From assembly GCA_039586365.1 (NCBI GenBank), contig JBDHKN010000001.1:32001-96000 (forward strand): DNA of 64,000 nucleotides, given 5' to 3'. Below the pieces are notes generated by a model. It was given only the letters and a program-made list of their open reading frames with translations. It searched no databases and was not told the DNA's origin. Of this stretch, positions 40,897 through 51,032 are shown piece after piece (the first letter of the stretch is position 1; every line of letters starts with the position of its first letter). The position numbers and the translations under genes were made by a program. This DNA is from Gemmatimonadota bacterium. GTDB taxonomy: Bacteria > Gemmatimonadota > Gemmatimonadetes > Gemmatimonadales > GWC2-71-9.

Positions 40897-42972
40897 ATGG
40901 CTGCGGTTACACAAGACGTCGTGGATGGCATAGCCCGGCTCGTAATCAATGTTCCGGGCAAGTCCGTCAATGTCATTACCCGAGCCGTAAGGGATGAACT
41001 GGCATCCCTACTCGATTGGTTGCAGGTGGAAAGGGAGGTACGTGCCGCCATCCTTATCTCAGGCAAGCCTGCCAGCTTCATAGCCGGTGCAGACATCGAC
41101 GAGTTCGTTGCACTGCGGTCACGTGATGATGCGTTCTCACTCGTTCGCGGTGGACAGGTACTGGTCGACCGGATTGAATCGCTGGGTAAGCCAGTGGTTG
41201 CCGCTATCCACGGCGCATGCGTAGGGGGCGGACTCGAGGCCGCGCTTGCGTGCGCATACCGCATAGCGACCGAGTATCCCAGGACGGTGCTAGGGCAACC
41301 CGAAATACAACTCGGTTTGATCCCGGCTGCCGGGGGCTGTCAACGTCTGCCACGTCTCGTTGGAGTCAGGGCAGCACTGGACATAATCCTGGCTGGGAAG
41401 ACCCTGTCTGCCAAACAGGCTTTTGGACGCGGCATCGTTGACGAACTGGTTCACCCTGCCGTACTAGAAGGCGTGGCGATGCGTGCCGCTCAGCAGCTAG
41501 CGTCGGGATGGCGGCCCCGGCGTCGTGGCGGAGGCCTCGTCGGCTTGCTGCTGGACAGGAACCCGGCGGGCCGGCGGCTAGTGTTCTCGCGTGCCCGGGC
41601 GGAGGTTCTCAAGAAGACGAGAGGACTCTACCCGGCTCCGCTCGCTGCCCTGGAGGCTGTCAAGCATGGGCTCGAGTACGGGGTCCAAGCAGGGCTCGAC
41701 AGCGAAGCAGCACACTTTGCGGAGCTGGCAGTCGGGAAAGTGTCGAGGAATCTTGTTCAGGTCTTCTTCGCCACCACGGAACTCAAGAAGGATCCGGGGG
41801 TGGACGGCGAGGTCCCCCCGCCGAAGAGAATTCGGAATGTGGCGATTGTCGGAGCCGGATTCATGGGTTCTGCCATTGCTGGAGTGGCTGCTTCACGTGC
41901 GAAAGCAGACGTCCGGCTACATGACACCGGCCTTCAGGCGGTCGCAAAGGGGCTAACTGGTGCACGCGAGATCTTAAGCAGCCACCTGAGGAGGGGGCGA
42001 ATCGACAAGTATGAACACAAAGAACTAGTATGCCTCCTGTCAGGTGGTACCGATTGGGCGGGATTCGGCCGTACCGACCTTGTGGTCGAAGCAGTTTTCG
42101 AGGAGTTGCGTGTCAAGCGCGAAGTGTTCCGTGCGATAGAGGAACAGGTTCGCCAGAGCTGCATCATTGCATCGAACACGAGCACGATCCCAATTGCGCG
42201 GATCGCGGAGGCCGTTTGCTACCCGGAGCGGATTATCGGTATGCACTTCTTCTCGCCGGTCGACAAGATGCCTCTGCTCGAGGTGATAATCACCGATATG
42301 ACAGCCCCCGAAGTTACAGCATCAGCAGTGGGCTTTGGTCGTGCCATGGGCAAGACGGTGATCGTTGTCAACGACGGCCCCGGTTTCTGGGTCAATAGGA
42401 TTCTCGCCCCTTATCTGAACGAGGCCGGACGCATGCTGAAAGAGGGGGTCGCCGTCGAGACAATTGACAACGTGATGACACAGTTCGGCTTTCCCATCGG
42501 GCCAGTCACCTTGCTCGACGAAGTAGGTTTGGATGTTGTATTGAAGGCTTCAGTAGTGCTGCATGATGCGTTTGGCGACCGGATGAAGCCGATGGATGGA
42601 ATCGGATACCGTCATGGCCGTAAGAAGAAGGTAGACGCAACGTACCGGGAAATCATCGGTGCGGCTCCTGACGCGTCTGTCCCGGAACAAGAAATCGGCT
42701 GGCGTCTGGTCTACTCGATGTTGAATGAAGCGGCACGTGCACTGGACGAAGGCGTAGTGCGCTCGCCACGAGATGGTGACATCGGTGCTGTTTTCGGTAT
42801 CGGGTTTCCTCCTTGTCACGGCGGTCCCCTGCGGTACCTGGATGCCGTCGGGCCGGCTAGAGCAGTTGAAACGCTGGAAATGTTGAGCGTGAGCTACGGA
42901 GACAGGTTTGAGCCGGCACCGAGGTTGCGGCAAATGGCTGAGAGTGACCAGCGTTTCTTCACTAACTCCTAA
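40897..42972 (+). CDS. fadJ: Fatty acid oxidation complex alpha subunit FadJ, with an apparent internal deletion
   Basis: FIAGADI, GGGLE, PEIQLG, GAGFMG, SNTSTIPI, GMHFFSP; lacks the conserved GRLGRKxGxGFY segment near 42606. Confidence 0.92.
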   Translation: MAAVTQDVVDGIARLVINVPGKSVNVITRAVRDELASLLDWLQVEREVRAAILISGKPASFIAGADIDEFVALRSRDDAFSLVRGGQVLVDRIESLGKPVVAAIHGACVGGGLEAALACAYRIATEYPRTVLGQPEIQLGLIPAAGGCQRLPRLVGVRAALDIILAGKTLSAKQAFGRGIVDELVHPAVLEGVAMRAAQQLASGWRPRRRGGGLVGLLLDRNPAGRRLVFSRARAEVLKKTRGLYPAPLAALEAVKHGLEYGVQAGLDSEAAHFAELAVGKVSRNLVQVFFATTELKKDPGVDGEVPPPKRIRNVAIVGAGFMGSAIAGVAASRAKADVRLHDTGLQAVAKGLTGAREILSSHLRRGRIDKYEHKELVCLLSGGTDWAGFGRTDLVVEAVFEELRVKREVFRAIEEQVRQSCIIASNTSTIPIARIAEAVCYPERIIGMHFFSPVDKMPLLEVIITDMTAPEVTASAVGFGRAMGKTVIVVNDGPGFWVNRILAPYLNEAGRMLKEGVAVETIDNVMTQFGFPIGPVTLLDEVGLDVVLKASVVLHDAFGDRMKPMDGIGYRHGRKKKVDATYREIIGAAPDASVPEQEIGWRLVYSMLNEAARALDEGVVRSPRDGDIGAVFGIGFPPCHGGPLRYLDAVGPARAVETLEMLSVSYGDRFEPAPRLRQMAESDQRFFTNS

Positions 42973-42992
42973 ATTGAGACATCAACATACAT

Positions 42993-43922
42993 ATGCTTCG
43001 AAGTGCTTTTCTTTGGCTCAGTGAGCAACGCCGGATCTTCGAGTTTGTCAAACAGAACAGGTTCGCTCGCAAGGCTGCGTCGCGCTTTGTGGCTGGAGAG
43101 GTCACCGAGACCGCAATTGAAGCCGCGCGTGTGCTGAATGAGAGAGGCATCACAGTAAGTCTCGATCTCCTAGGTGAGAGTGTGAGCGTACCCGCTGAGG
43201 CATACGCAGCTCGGGATGAGGTGCTTAGGACGATCGACGAGATCGATCGCGCCGGTATTGACGGCAATGTGTCGGTGAAGTTGACACAGATGGGGCTTGA
43301 TATCGATATCGGGCTTTGTCTGGAAAACATGCGTGTAATCATGTCCTGCGCAGAACAACACGGCATGTTCGTCCGCATCGACATGGAGAGCTCAGCGCAC
43401 ACCGAACGTACTCTCCAAGTGTTTGCCGAGCTCCACCCGGAATATGGCGACCTGACCGGCGTTGTAATACAGAGCTACCTTCGACGCTCTGCCAAGGACA
43501 TTGAGGATCTTATTGCGCGAGGAGCCCGCATGAGGCTATGCAAGGGAGCTTACTCTGAACCAGCCACAGTTGCATTTCAACAGAAGAGCGAGATCGACGC
43601 ATCTTTCATGCGACTCGCTGAGCGGCTTCTCGACCACGGCAACTATCCTGCGCTGGCTACGCACGACGAGGACATGATCCAACACGCCATGGCGTATGTT
43701 GACAGGAAGGGGATCCCTCTCGAGCGCTTCGAATTCCAAATGCTCTATGGAGTCCGGCGTGATCTGCAACACGCGCTACGGGAGAAGGGCTACAACATGC
43801 GTGTCTATGTACCCTTTGGGAGCAACTGGTATCCGTATCTCATGCGTCGGCTTGCGGAAAAGCCAGGCAACGTCGGCTTCATGCTGGCGAGTGTCGTGAA
43901 AGAGACGTTCTCTCGTCACTGA
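42993..43922 (+). CDS. Monofunctional proline dehydrogenase
   Basis: RFVAGE, SVKLTQ, RIDME, RLCKGAY, ATHD, YLMRRLAE. Confidence 0.93.
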   Translation: MLRSAFLWLSEQRRIFEFVKQNRFARKAASRFVAGEVTETAIEAARVLNERGITVSLDLLGESVSVPAEAYAARDEVLRTIDEIDRAGIDGNVSVKLTQMGLDIDIGLCLENMRVIMSCAEQHGMFVRIDMESSAHTERTLQVFAELHPEYGDLTGVVIQSYLRRSAKDIEDLIARGARMRLCKGAYSEPATVAFQQKSEIDASFMRLAERLLDHGNYPALATHDEDMIQHAMAYVDRKGIPLERFEFQMLYGVRRDLQHALREKGYNMRVYVPFGSNWYPYLMRRLAEKPGNVGFMLASVVKETFSRH

Positions 43923-44242
43923 TGGAAGACTCGACGCTCGGAGGTTATCTGGACATCCACCATCGCCCGCCAGCATTCGAGGGATCCGACGGGAGAATGT
44001 ACTCGGCCGAGATCTATGTTGACGATCAGCCGTGTGAGGACGGGACATATGGCGCAGCGGTTCTCTTTGTGCGGTGGTCTCCAGATGGTGCGCGTCCGGA
44101 CGGTCACCTCGAGACCGAGTATCTGGTGCACGGCCAGACTCCACACGAAGCGCGCAACGCTCTGCGGCGCCTGACGCTCTATCAGGTTAAGAACAGACTC
44201 GATCGCATAGCAGAGATCAAGAGGGAGCTGTCATCCTGGTAG
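43922..44242 (+). CDS. Hypothetical protein
   Basis: 106 aa ORF coupled to the PRODH gene (TGATG overlap). Confidence 0.75.
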   Translation: MEDSTLGGYLDIHHRPPAFEGSDGRMYSAEIYVDDQPCEDGTYGAAVLFVRWSPDGARPDGHLETEYLVHGQTPHEARNALRRLTLYQVKNRLDRIAEIKRELSSW

Positions 44243-45147
44243 GACATCGGCGCGGTGTCGTCCTATCCAAGACGGGCGGTCGTTATCGCGTTCGCGTCGG
44301 CAACGGGGTGTTAGATGCGACACTCCGTGGCCGTTTCAAGCTGAGACACCAAGGTTCAGTGCTGGTGGGGGATTACGTGCAGATGCACGAGCACCGAGAC
44401 GGATCCGCAACGATCGAAGAGGTTTTGCCTCGGACTTCACTCCTCAGGCGGCGTGCACCAGGCAAGTCAAGAGGAGTGCGCAATCTGGCTGCGAACGTCC
44501 AGAAAATTGTTGTTGTTGGTGCGGTACGGCAGCCGAATTGGGAACCGAATCTGATAGATCGTTTCCTGGCCATCGCCGAGGTCAACCACCTGCCGGCGAC
44601 GTTGGTGGTAAACAAATGTGACCTCGACTCCGATCCAGGCCGCTGCGCCGAAGCATACAAGCTGGCCGGCTACTTAGTGGTGTTGACCAGCGTGCCCGAG
44701 CAGAGAGGGCTTGACGACCTCAGATGTGTACTGGAGGGCCATATCTCGCTCTTCACGGGTCCCACGGGAGTGGGAAAGTCCAGCCTTCTGAACGCGCTTC
44801 AGCCGGGCCTCCGGCTGCGTACAGGTGACGTCAGCAGGAAAGGTGGATCCGGCCGCCATACAACGGTTGCAGCAGAGATGTTTCCCTTTGGGCAGGATGG
44901 CTTTGTGGTTGACACGCCGGGTCTGCGAGATGTCGGACTCTGGGGACTGGATCCGCAGGAGGTTTCTGCTGCGTTCCCCGAGTTCACGGCTCTTTCGACC
45001 AACTGTCGGTTCGACAATTGCCGCCACCTAGAGGAGCCGGGCTGTGCGGTTGTCGAGGCCGTGGTGAAGGGTGAGGTAGCGGCAAGCCGTCATAGGTCAT
45101 ACCGTCGCCTGCTCGACGAGTCAGCAGATGCGGCTCGACACCGATAA
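44236..45147 (+). CDS. rsgA: Ribosome small subunit-dependent GTPase RsgA
   Basis: NKCD, GPTGVGKSS, GRHTT, DTPG, CRFDNCRH..EPGCAV; the OB fold extends upstream to CTG 44236. Confidence 0.95.
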   Translation: MVGHRRGVVLSKTGGRYRVRVGNGVLDATLRGRFKLRHQGSVLVGDYVQMHEHRDGSATIEEVLPRTSLLRRRAPGKSRGVRNLAANVQKIVVVGAVRQPNWEPNLIDRFLAIAEVNHLPATLVVNKCDLDSDPGRCAEAYKLAGYLVVLTSVPEQRGLDDLRCVLEGHISLFTGPTGVGKSSLLNALQPGLRLRTGDVSRKGGSGRHTTVAAEMFPFGQDGFVVDTPGLRDVGLWGLDPQEVSAAFPEFTALSTNCRFDNCRHLEEPGCAVVEAVVKGEVAASRHRSYRRLLDESADAARHR

Positions 45148-45178
45148 CGGCACCTACAAAGAGGAGCAAGTCGCGGGC

Positions 45179-46429
45179 ATGGCAGGGTCTTCCTTGGAAT
45201 CGTTGGTCGAGCCTTTCGTTGGTGAGCGTTATGCCGCGAGCGAACGACTTAGCGATTTCATCGCTCCTCCATACGATGAGATCTCGCCGGAGAGACGTAA
45301 GGACCTCGCGAGCCGAAGCTCCCGCAATATCGTACATCTCGTACTACCTGAGGGGAATGACGACAAGTATGAGAACGCGGCACACCTGCTCCGGAGTTGG
45401 CGTGGGCAAGGGGTACTGAAACGCGACGCCCAACCCGGGGTGTATGTCGTTCAGCAACAGTTCACGCTTTCGGGTGAGCAATTCCGGGCTCGTACCGGAG
45501 TAATCGGTGCGGTCGCAGTAGAGCCGTACTCGCGCGGCCGGATAAGACCACATGTGAGGACGGACGCCGGTGCGAGAAATGACCGCTTGGCGCTCCTTGC
45601 TGCAACCGAGGCAGTGTTCGAAGCGCTGTTGATGCTGAAGCGTGATGATGGTAATGAGCTGCGCACGGCCCTGTCACATGTAACCACAGAGCAAGCCGTT
45701 GCTCAAGCCGACTTGGATGATGTCCACGTTGGACTCTGGTATGTGGGTGGATCGCGGGGGGAGGCGCTCAGCGAAATCGCAGGTACCGGTACCCTGTACC
45801 TGGCAGACGGACACCACCGCTATGAGGCGGCTGTCGCCTATAGGAAACAGAAGCCAGACGCCAAGAGGACATTGGGACTGATCGTTCCAGTTGACGATCC
45901 GGGTCTGGCAATCTTGGCAACGCACAGGGTCGTTTACGCTGACGGCTTGGACTTTGAGAAGGTGTTTGGTGGACTGCGTGACCGATTCCAGATTCATGAG
46001 CTCACCCCGGGACTGGACTATGCGGGACACCTCGCCGACCTCAGGGACCGCGGCACGGCGTGTGTAGTAATAGAGCCTGACGGGACTGCGGTCTCTCTGC
46101 TGCTCCGGCCGCGAGCGAAATTGGGCAACTTGCCATTTGCCAACGAGCCGGCGGCTGCGTCACTCGACGTGCTGCGGATCGACGAAACGGTTGTCAGACA
46201 TCTGCTGTCAGTTGCAGGAAAGGGCGCGGTCTTGCGGTACAGTGCCGATTGGGATCACGTTGTCAACGAGGTTGTCAGGGGCACGGCTGTTGCCTCGGTA
46301 ATGTTGAACCCTACAGCAGTTGAGCAGGTTTTGGGAGTAGCTGATGCTGGAGTGGTGCTGCCGCACAAGGCCACCTGCTTCATCCCGAAAGTGCCTGGCG
46401 GAGTTGTCACCCTGGCTTTGAGTGGTTGA
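45179..46429 (+). CDS. DUF1015 family protein
   Basis: APPYD.I, LADGHHRYE, THR, P.K.T.F.PK. Confidence 0.88.
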   Translation: MAGSSLESLVEPFVGERYAASERLSDFIAPPYDEISPERRKDLASRSSRNIVHLVLPEGNDDKYENAAHLLRSWRGQGVLKRDAQPGVYVVQQQFTLSGEQFRARTGVIGAVAVEPYSRGRIRPHVRTDAGARNDRLALLAATEAVFEALLMLKRDDGNELRTALSHVTTEQAVAQADLDDVHVGLWYVGGSRGEALSEIAGTGTLYLADGHHRYEAAVAYRKQKPDAKRTLGLIVPVDDPGLAILATHRVVYADGLDFEKVFGGLRDRFQIHELTPGLDYAGHLADLRDRGTACVVIEPDGTAVSLLLRPRAKLGNLPFANEPAAASLDVLRIDETVVRHLLSVAGKGAVLRYSADWDHVVNEVVRGTAVASVMLNPTAVEQVLGVADAGVVLPHKATCFIPKVPGGVVTLALSG

Positions 46430-46533
46430 GGCTGAGGCCGTCCGTCGTGGAGAGCTGACGCACCTCGTGCCAGTCTCACGACATTCAACTGCGGTCTTTT
46501 CGATATGGGATTTCACGTTCAGTCGGAGTCCGT

Positions 46534-46788
46534 ATGAGTGTGCGGTCAAGACAACGAATCTTGGAGAACCTGGAAAAGATCTACCGCGAGGCATACGAGC
46601 GAGCCAAGCAGGCTGACAACAAAGAGAGGATGTCAGACCTCGATTCCTCCTTTCAGCGGGAGCAGCTCATTTTGGAGGTGCTCCTTGATGTGAGAGATGC
46701 GCTGTATTCGAGCGGCGAGGAGTCTTCGTCACAGTCAGCTCTGAAGAAGCTCGAAACGTTGAGGAGGATCACTAAGCTGACCAGGTAG
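46534..46788 (+). CDS. Small helical hypothetical protein
   Basis: GGAG SD; 84 aa amphipathic helices. Confidence 0.75.
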   Translation: MSVRSRQRILENLEKIYREAYERAKQADNKERMSDLDSSFQREQLILEVLLDVRDALYSSGEESSSQSALKKLETLRRITKLTR

Positions 46789-46794
46789 CCTGAT

Positions 46795-46845
46795 CGCCCT
46801 CATTCTGCTCTGCTCCAATCCCTCCGAGGGGAGAAAATGAGGGCG
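46795..46845. other. Intergenic inverted repeat (possible terminator-like hairpin)
   Basis: CGCCCTCATT (46795-46804) pairs with AATGAGGGCG (46836-46845); no T tail. Confidence 0.35.
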
Positions 46846-46895
46846 GGAGGGCGGAGCGAATTCCTGGTTCTGCCAAACTCAACTATCTTAGCGAT

Positions 46896-49002
46896 ATGGT
46901 GACCCCGACGAGACGAAGACCACAGGTTCGCCACACCTCGGCCATGCATCTGGGCAAGGAGAAACTGCTTGAGATGTTCAGGCTGATCTACACATCGCGT
47001 CGTCTGGACGACAAGGAGATCCAGCTCAAGCGCCAGAATAGAGTCTTCTTCCAGATTTCGGGTGCTGGACATGAGGGTGTCCTTGTGGCTGCTGGAGAGA
47101 TTCTGAGACCAAGTTACGATTGGTTCTATCCCTATTATCGTGATCGCGCGCTGTGCTTGACTCTTGGGATGACGCCTACTGAGATGCTCCTCTCGGCAGT
47201 CGCCGCCGCAGACGATCCCAACTCCGGCGGACGACAGATGCCGTCGCATTGGGGACACAAGGACCTCAACATCGTCACCTAACGCGGTGGGATGCGCTGA
47301 GGCATGGCTGCGATATCAGATGATCGAGAAGATTGCGAACCTGGACGTGATCCAGAAAGACGAGGTAGTTCTCTGTACGTGTGGAGACGGCACGACGAGT
47401 GAAGGGGAGTTCTGGGAAGCTCTCAACACAGCTTGCAACCTGAGACTGCCGGTCCTCTTCTTGGTGGAGGACAACGGGTACGCGATTTCTGTCCCAGTTG
47501 ACGTTCAGACGGCGGGCGGTTCGATCTCGAAGCTGGCACGTGCTTTCCCCTATCTCTATGTCGAGGAAGTGGACGGCTGTGATCCCCTTGCTTCCTACGA
47601 TGTTCTCTTGCGTGCCGTAACCCACTGCCGGGACCGAAAGGGACCGGCTCTCGTACATGCTCACGTCATCCGACCCTACTCACACTCGCTGTCCGACGAT
47701 GAAGTCATGTATAAGCCGCCGGAGGAGCGTGAGGAGGAGGCTAGAAGAGACCCAGTGACGGTGTTTCCAGCAAGGCTTGTCGCCGAAGGGATTGCTTCCG
47801 AGGCTGAGATTGAAGGAATCCAGGCCAAGGCTGACGAGATGGTTGATCTGGCAGCGGAAGTGGCTCTGGCGTCACCACAGCCATCCAGGGACACGGTGTT
47901 TCTCCACGTTTACTCACCGAACGTAGATGTCACTGGGTCGGCATTTGACACGGAAGAGGATCCCCGCTTCGAAGGGGATCCGCTGACAATGGTCGATCTG
48001 CTCAACCGCTGCCTGAAGGATGAGATGACGCGTGATCCGAGGATAGTGGTGTTTGGAGAGGACGTAGCGGACATATCCAACGATGAACACATTGAGAGGG
48101 TCAAGGGGAAGGGTGGCGTCTTCAAGGTCACCTGGGGATTGCAGAAGGAGTTCGGGTCGGACCGGGTCTATAACTCACCCTTAGCCGAGGCCAACATTGT
48201 CGGTAGGGCAGTGGGCTTGGCCACGCGCGGAATCAAGCCGGTGGCCGAAATCCAATTCTTCGACTACATCTGGCCGGCATACCATCAGATAAGGAATGAG
48301 TTGGCCCTGATTCGCTGGCGGAGCAACGGAGCCTTCAGTGCTCCCGCCGTCATACGTGCAACCTATGGCGGGTACCTCAAAGGGGGTGCGGTCTACCATT
48401 CTCAGACAGGGGCAGCCGTGTACACGGGAATCCCGGGCCTCCGAGTGGTCTGCCCGGCTACCGCCCTGGATGCAAACGGCCTCTTGCGCACGGCGATTCG
48501 CTGCGACGACCCCGTCATCTTCCTCGAGCACAAACACTTGTACCGGCAGACGTATAACAGATCTTCGTATCCGGGTCCGGACTTCATGATTCCCTTCGGT
48601 AAGGCTAAGGTCGTGCGGGGGGGTGAGGATCTAACTGTAGTGACATATGGGGCTGTGGTGCACCGGACTCTTCAGGCGGCCAAGCAAGTTGAGGAACGTC
48701 ATGGTATCCGGGCTGAGGTCATAGATCTTCGCTCGCTCAGCCCAGTTGATTGGGAGGCCATAAACCGCTCGGTCAAGAAGACCAACCGGGTGGTCGTTGC
48801 ATACGAAGACTCAATGTCGTGGGGTTACGGGTCCGAGATCGCAGCTCGAATCGCTGCTGACCTATTTGAGTGGCTGGATGCGCCAGTACGGCGTGTCGCT
48901 TCGGCTGATACTTTTGTTGCCTATAGCCCGGACCTTGAGGAGGTGATTCTACCGCAAGCAGAGGACCTCGCTACCGCCATCGTTGAGATTGCCCGCTATT
49001 AA
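46896..49002 (+). CDS. Fused 2-oxoacid dehydrogenase E1 alpha/beta, split by a frameshifting deletion at about 47280
   Basis: N part [16 protein letters not shown] ends NIVT*; continues in another frame from 47281 with [33 protein letters not shown]. Confidence 0.92.
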
Positions 49003-49068
49003 CCTCCGTACTTCTCCTGCAGCACGATTTCGCTAGCCTAAGGCGGGCAGGAACCGAACAGTGCGCTG

Positions 49069-50949
49069 CTACAGATCGCCCTTTCCTAATGCGTCTCGAA
49101 TCTCACCGGCGGCGCCGATTGCTGCTTCCACATCGATGCGCAGTGCCTGAGCCTGCTGAGTTGCCGATGTGAGGTCGGAGAGTACGGCAGACACTCCGGC
49201 TGATCGCAGTCGCAGCAGGTCGAACCGCATATTCTGAACCGCCAAAGCACAGGACTCGAATTGTGACTCGACGCCAGCCCGCCGGCTGAGCAACTCGGAC
49301 AGGGAATCCCTTTGTCGTTCAAGAAGTGATACGCGACGGTCGTTTTCCACGCTGCTCGCTTCTTGCTTCAGGCGCTTGATTCGCTCCTCAAGCTCCTCGA
49401 GTGCAGCCGGGTCCACACCACCTTCCATCTGGTTGAGAGTTCGCGCCAAGTCCGAAGCTCGCCCTATCAACTGATCTACGGTCTGCACCACGTCTGGCAG
49501 CATTTCTCGATCTGATTCTGGCAGCTTCTGTACCGTCTGGACTATTGCTGCCCGGTCCTTGTGCATCTGTTCCATCTGTGCAGTGTACCGACCGAAATCG
49601 TCTGAAGACGGCTTCGGCAGAGCAGCCAGAGATTGCTGACGCATCGAATCAGACGATGCGGGGAGTGCGTCTCTCGCGGGTGGCGGGTTCAACACGTCGC
49701 GCATGCTGTATCCCTCAGCCCAGAGCTTGCCGTATTGGGATGCCAGTCCAATGCCCCAGCCGATTGCCGGGAAGAGGAACCACGGGTTGTCTATTCCGGT
49801 GGTTACGACATTAAGCAGCAATAGGCCGCCGTTAACGGAGACGTAGGACGCAAAGTTGGAGCGGAATTTCCGAACCAAGCCAGGCTCACTGCCGGTCTCC
49901 TTAGCCGGCTTCTCAGGTTCTCTTTCCCGCTGCCGCACTGCCCGAGGTCGCCGATCCTTGCCCCCGATTCTCTGGCGCTCATCCCACCAATCACCCCAGT
50001 CACGCGGTTGCCTCGAGGGCCGCTGAGCAGGCACATCTCTCGCTGCGCTCGGTCTCCGAGAGAGAGAAGAGCGGGGTCGATATTGGACAGACGAACGGCT
50101 CTCCAAAGCACGCCGCACTGAGTCAGCGGTTGGCCAGCGGCTCTCAGGATCCTTCTCGAGACACCTCATGACGGTCGATGCCAGCTCCTGAGGTATCTCG
50201 GAGCGCATGGTTACCAGGTCGGGTGGTAGCTCGGTGATCTGCTTCATTAGCAGACCGGGCACTGTGGGAGCGCGGAACGGTGGCTTGCCGGAGAGCATCT
50301 CGAAAGCAACCACGCCGAGGGAGTAGATATCACTCCGGGCATCCAGATCGCTCTCTCCCGCAGCCTGCTCCGGGCTCATGTACGTGGGCGTTCCTAACGC
50401 GACGCCCGTACCGGTCAATGTCCCTGCGCCAGCCTCGGACAGCGCCTTGGCGATACCGAAGTCCGTCACCATGACGCGGCGCCGGGTCCCCTCAAGCAAC
50501 ACGTTGTCAGGTTTGATGTCTCGGTGGATAATGCCCGTGGCATGAGCAAGACCCAAGGCGTCAGCGGTCTCCTTCATTATCCGTCGGGATTCTTCGACCG
50601 GCAGCCTACCGCGTCGCCGGAGACGCTGGGCAAGTGATTCGCCATCCACGTACCCCATCACGAAATACACCAAATCGTTGCCCTCGCCTACCGTGTGAAT
50701 GGGTACTATGTGGGGATGAGAAAGCCGGGCCGCTGTCTGTGCCTCACGAATGAAGCGCTTCTTGATCTCCTGGCGAAAGGCGAGCTCCGGAGGGAGAAGC
50801 TTGATTGCCACGCGGCGCTTGAGCTTCAAGTCTCGTGCGACGTACACCACACCCATTCCACCACGCCCAATTTCACCCTCAATCACGTAGGAACCCGCGA
50901 GAGTCTCTGCTAGCTTGGTGGCCAGGGGCCCGAGTTGTGATTCAGCCAT
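49069..50949 (-). CDS. Hanks-type Ser/Thr kinase with a 2TM hairpin and C-terminal helical domain
   Basis: GRGGMG, VAIK, HRDIKPDN, DFG, GTPTYMSPE; YVSVNGGLLLLN...WFLFPAIGWG. Confidence 0.93.
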   Translation of the reverse strand: MAESQLGPLATKLAETLAGSYVIEGEIGRGGMGVVYVARDLKLKRRVAIKLLPPELAFRQEIKKRFIREAQTAARLSHPHIVPIHTVGEGNDLVYFVMGYVDGESLAQRLRRRGRLPVEESRRIMKETADALGLAHATGIIHRDIKPDNVLLEGTRRRVMVTDFGIAKALSEAGAGTLTGTGVALGTPTYMSPEQAAGESDLDARSDIYSLGVVAFEMLSGKPPFRAPTVPGLLMKQITELPPDLVTMRSEIPQELASTVMRCLEKDPESRWPTADSVRRALESRSSVQYRPRSSLSRRPSAARDVPAQRPSRQPRDWGDWWDERQRIGGKDRRPRAVRQREREPEKPAKETGSEPGLVRKFRSNFASYVSVNGGLLLLNVVTTGIDNPWFLFPAIGWGIGLASQYGKLWAEGYSMRDVLNPPPARDALPASSDSMRQQSLAALPKPSSDDFGRYTAQMEQMHKDRAAIVQTVQKLPESDREMLPDVVQTVDQLIGRASDLARTLNQMEGGVDPAALEELEERIKRLKQEASSVENDRRVSLLERQRDSLSELLSRRAGVESQFESCALAVQNMRFDLLRLRSAGVSAVLSDLTSATQQAQALRIDVEAAIGAAGEIRDALGKGDL

Positions 50950-51032
50950 GTGGCGGATGGTTAAAACCGAGCGTAGATTAACGTGGGCATTTGGGACTGG
51001 CAACCTGCAGCAACTGTTAGATATGGGGAAGC

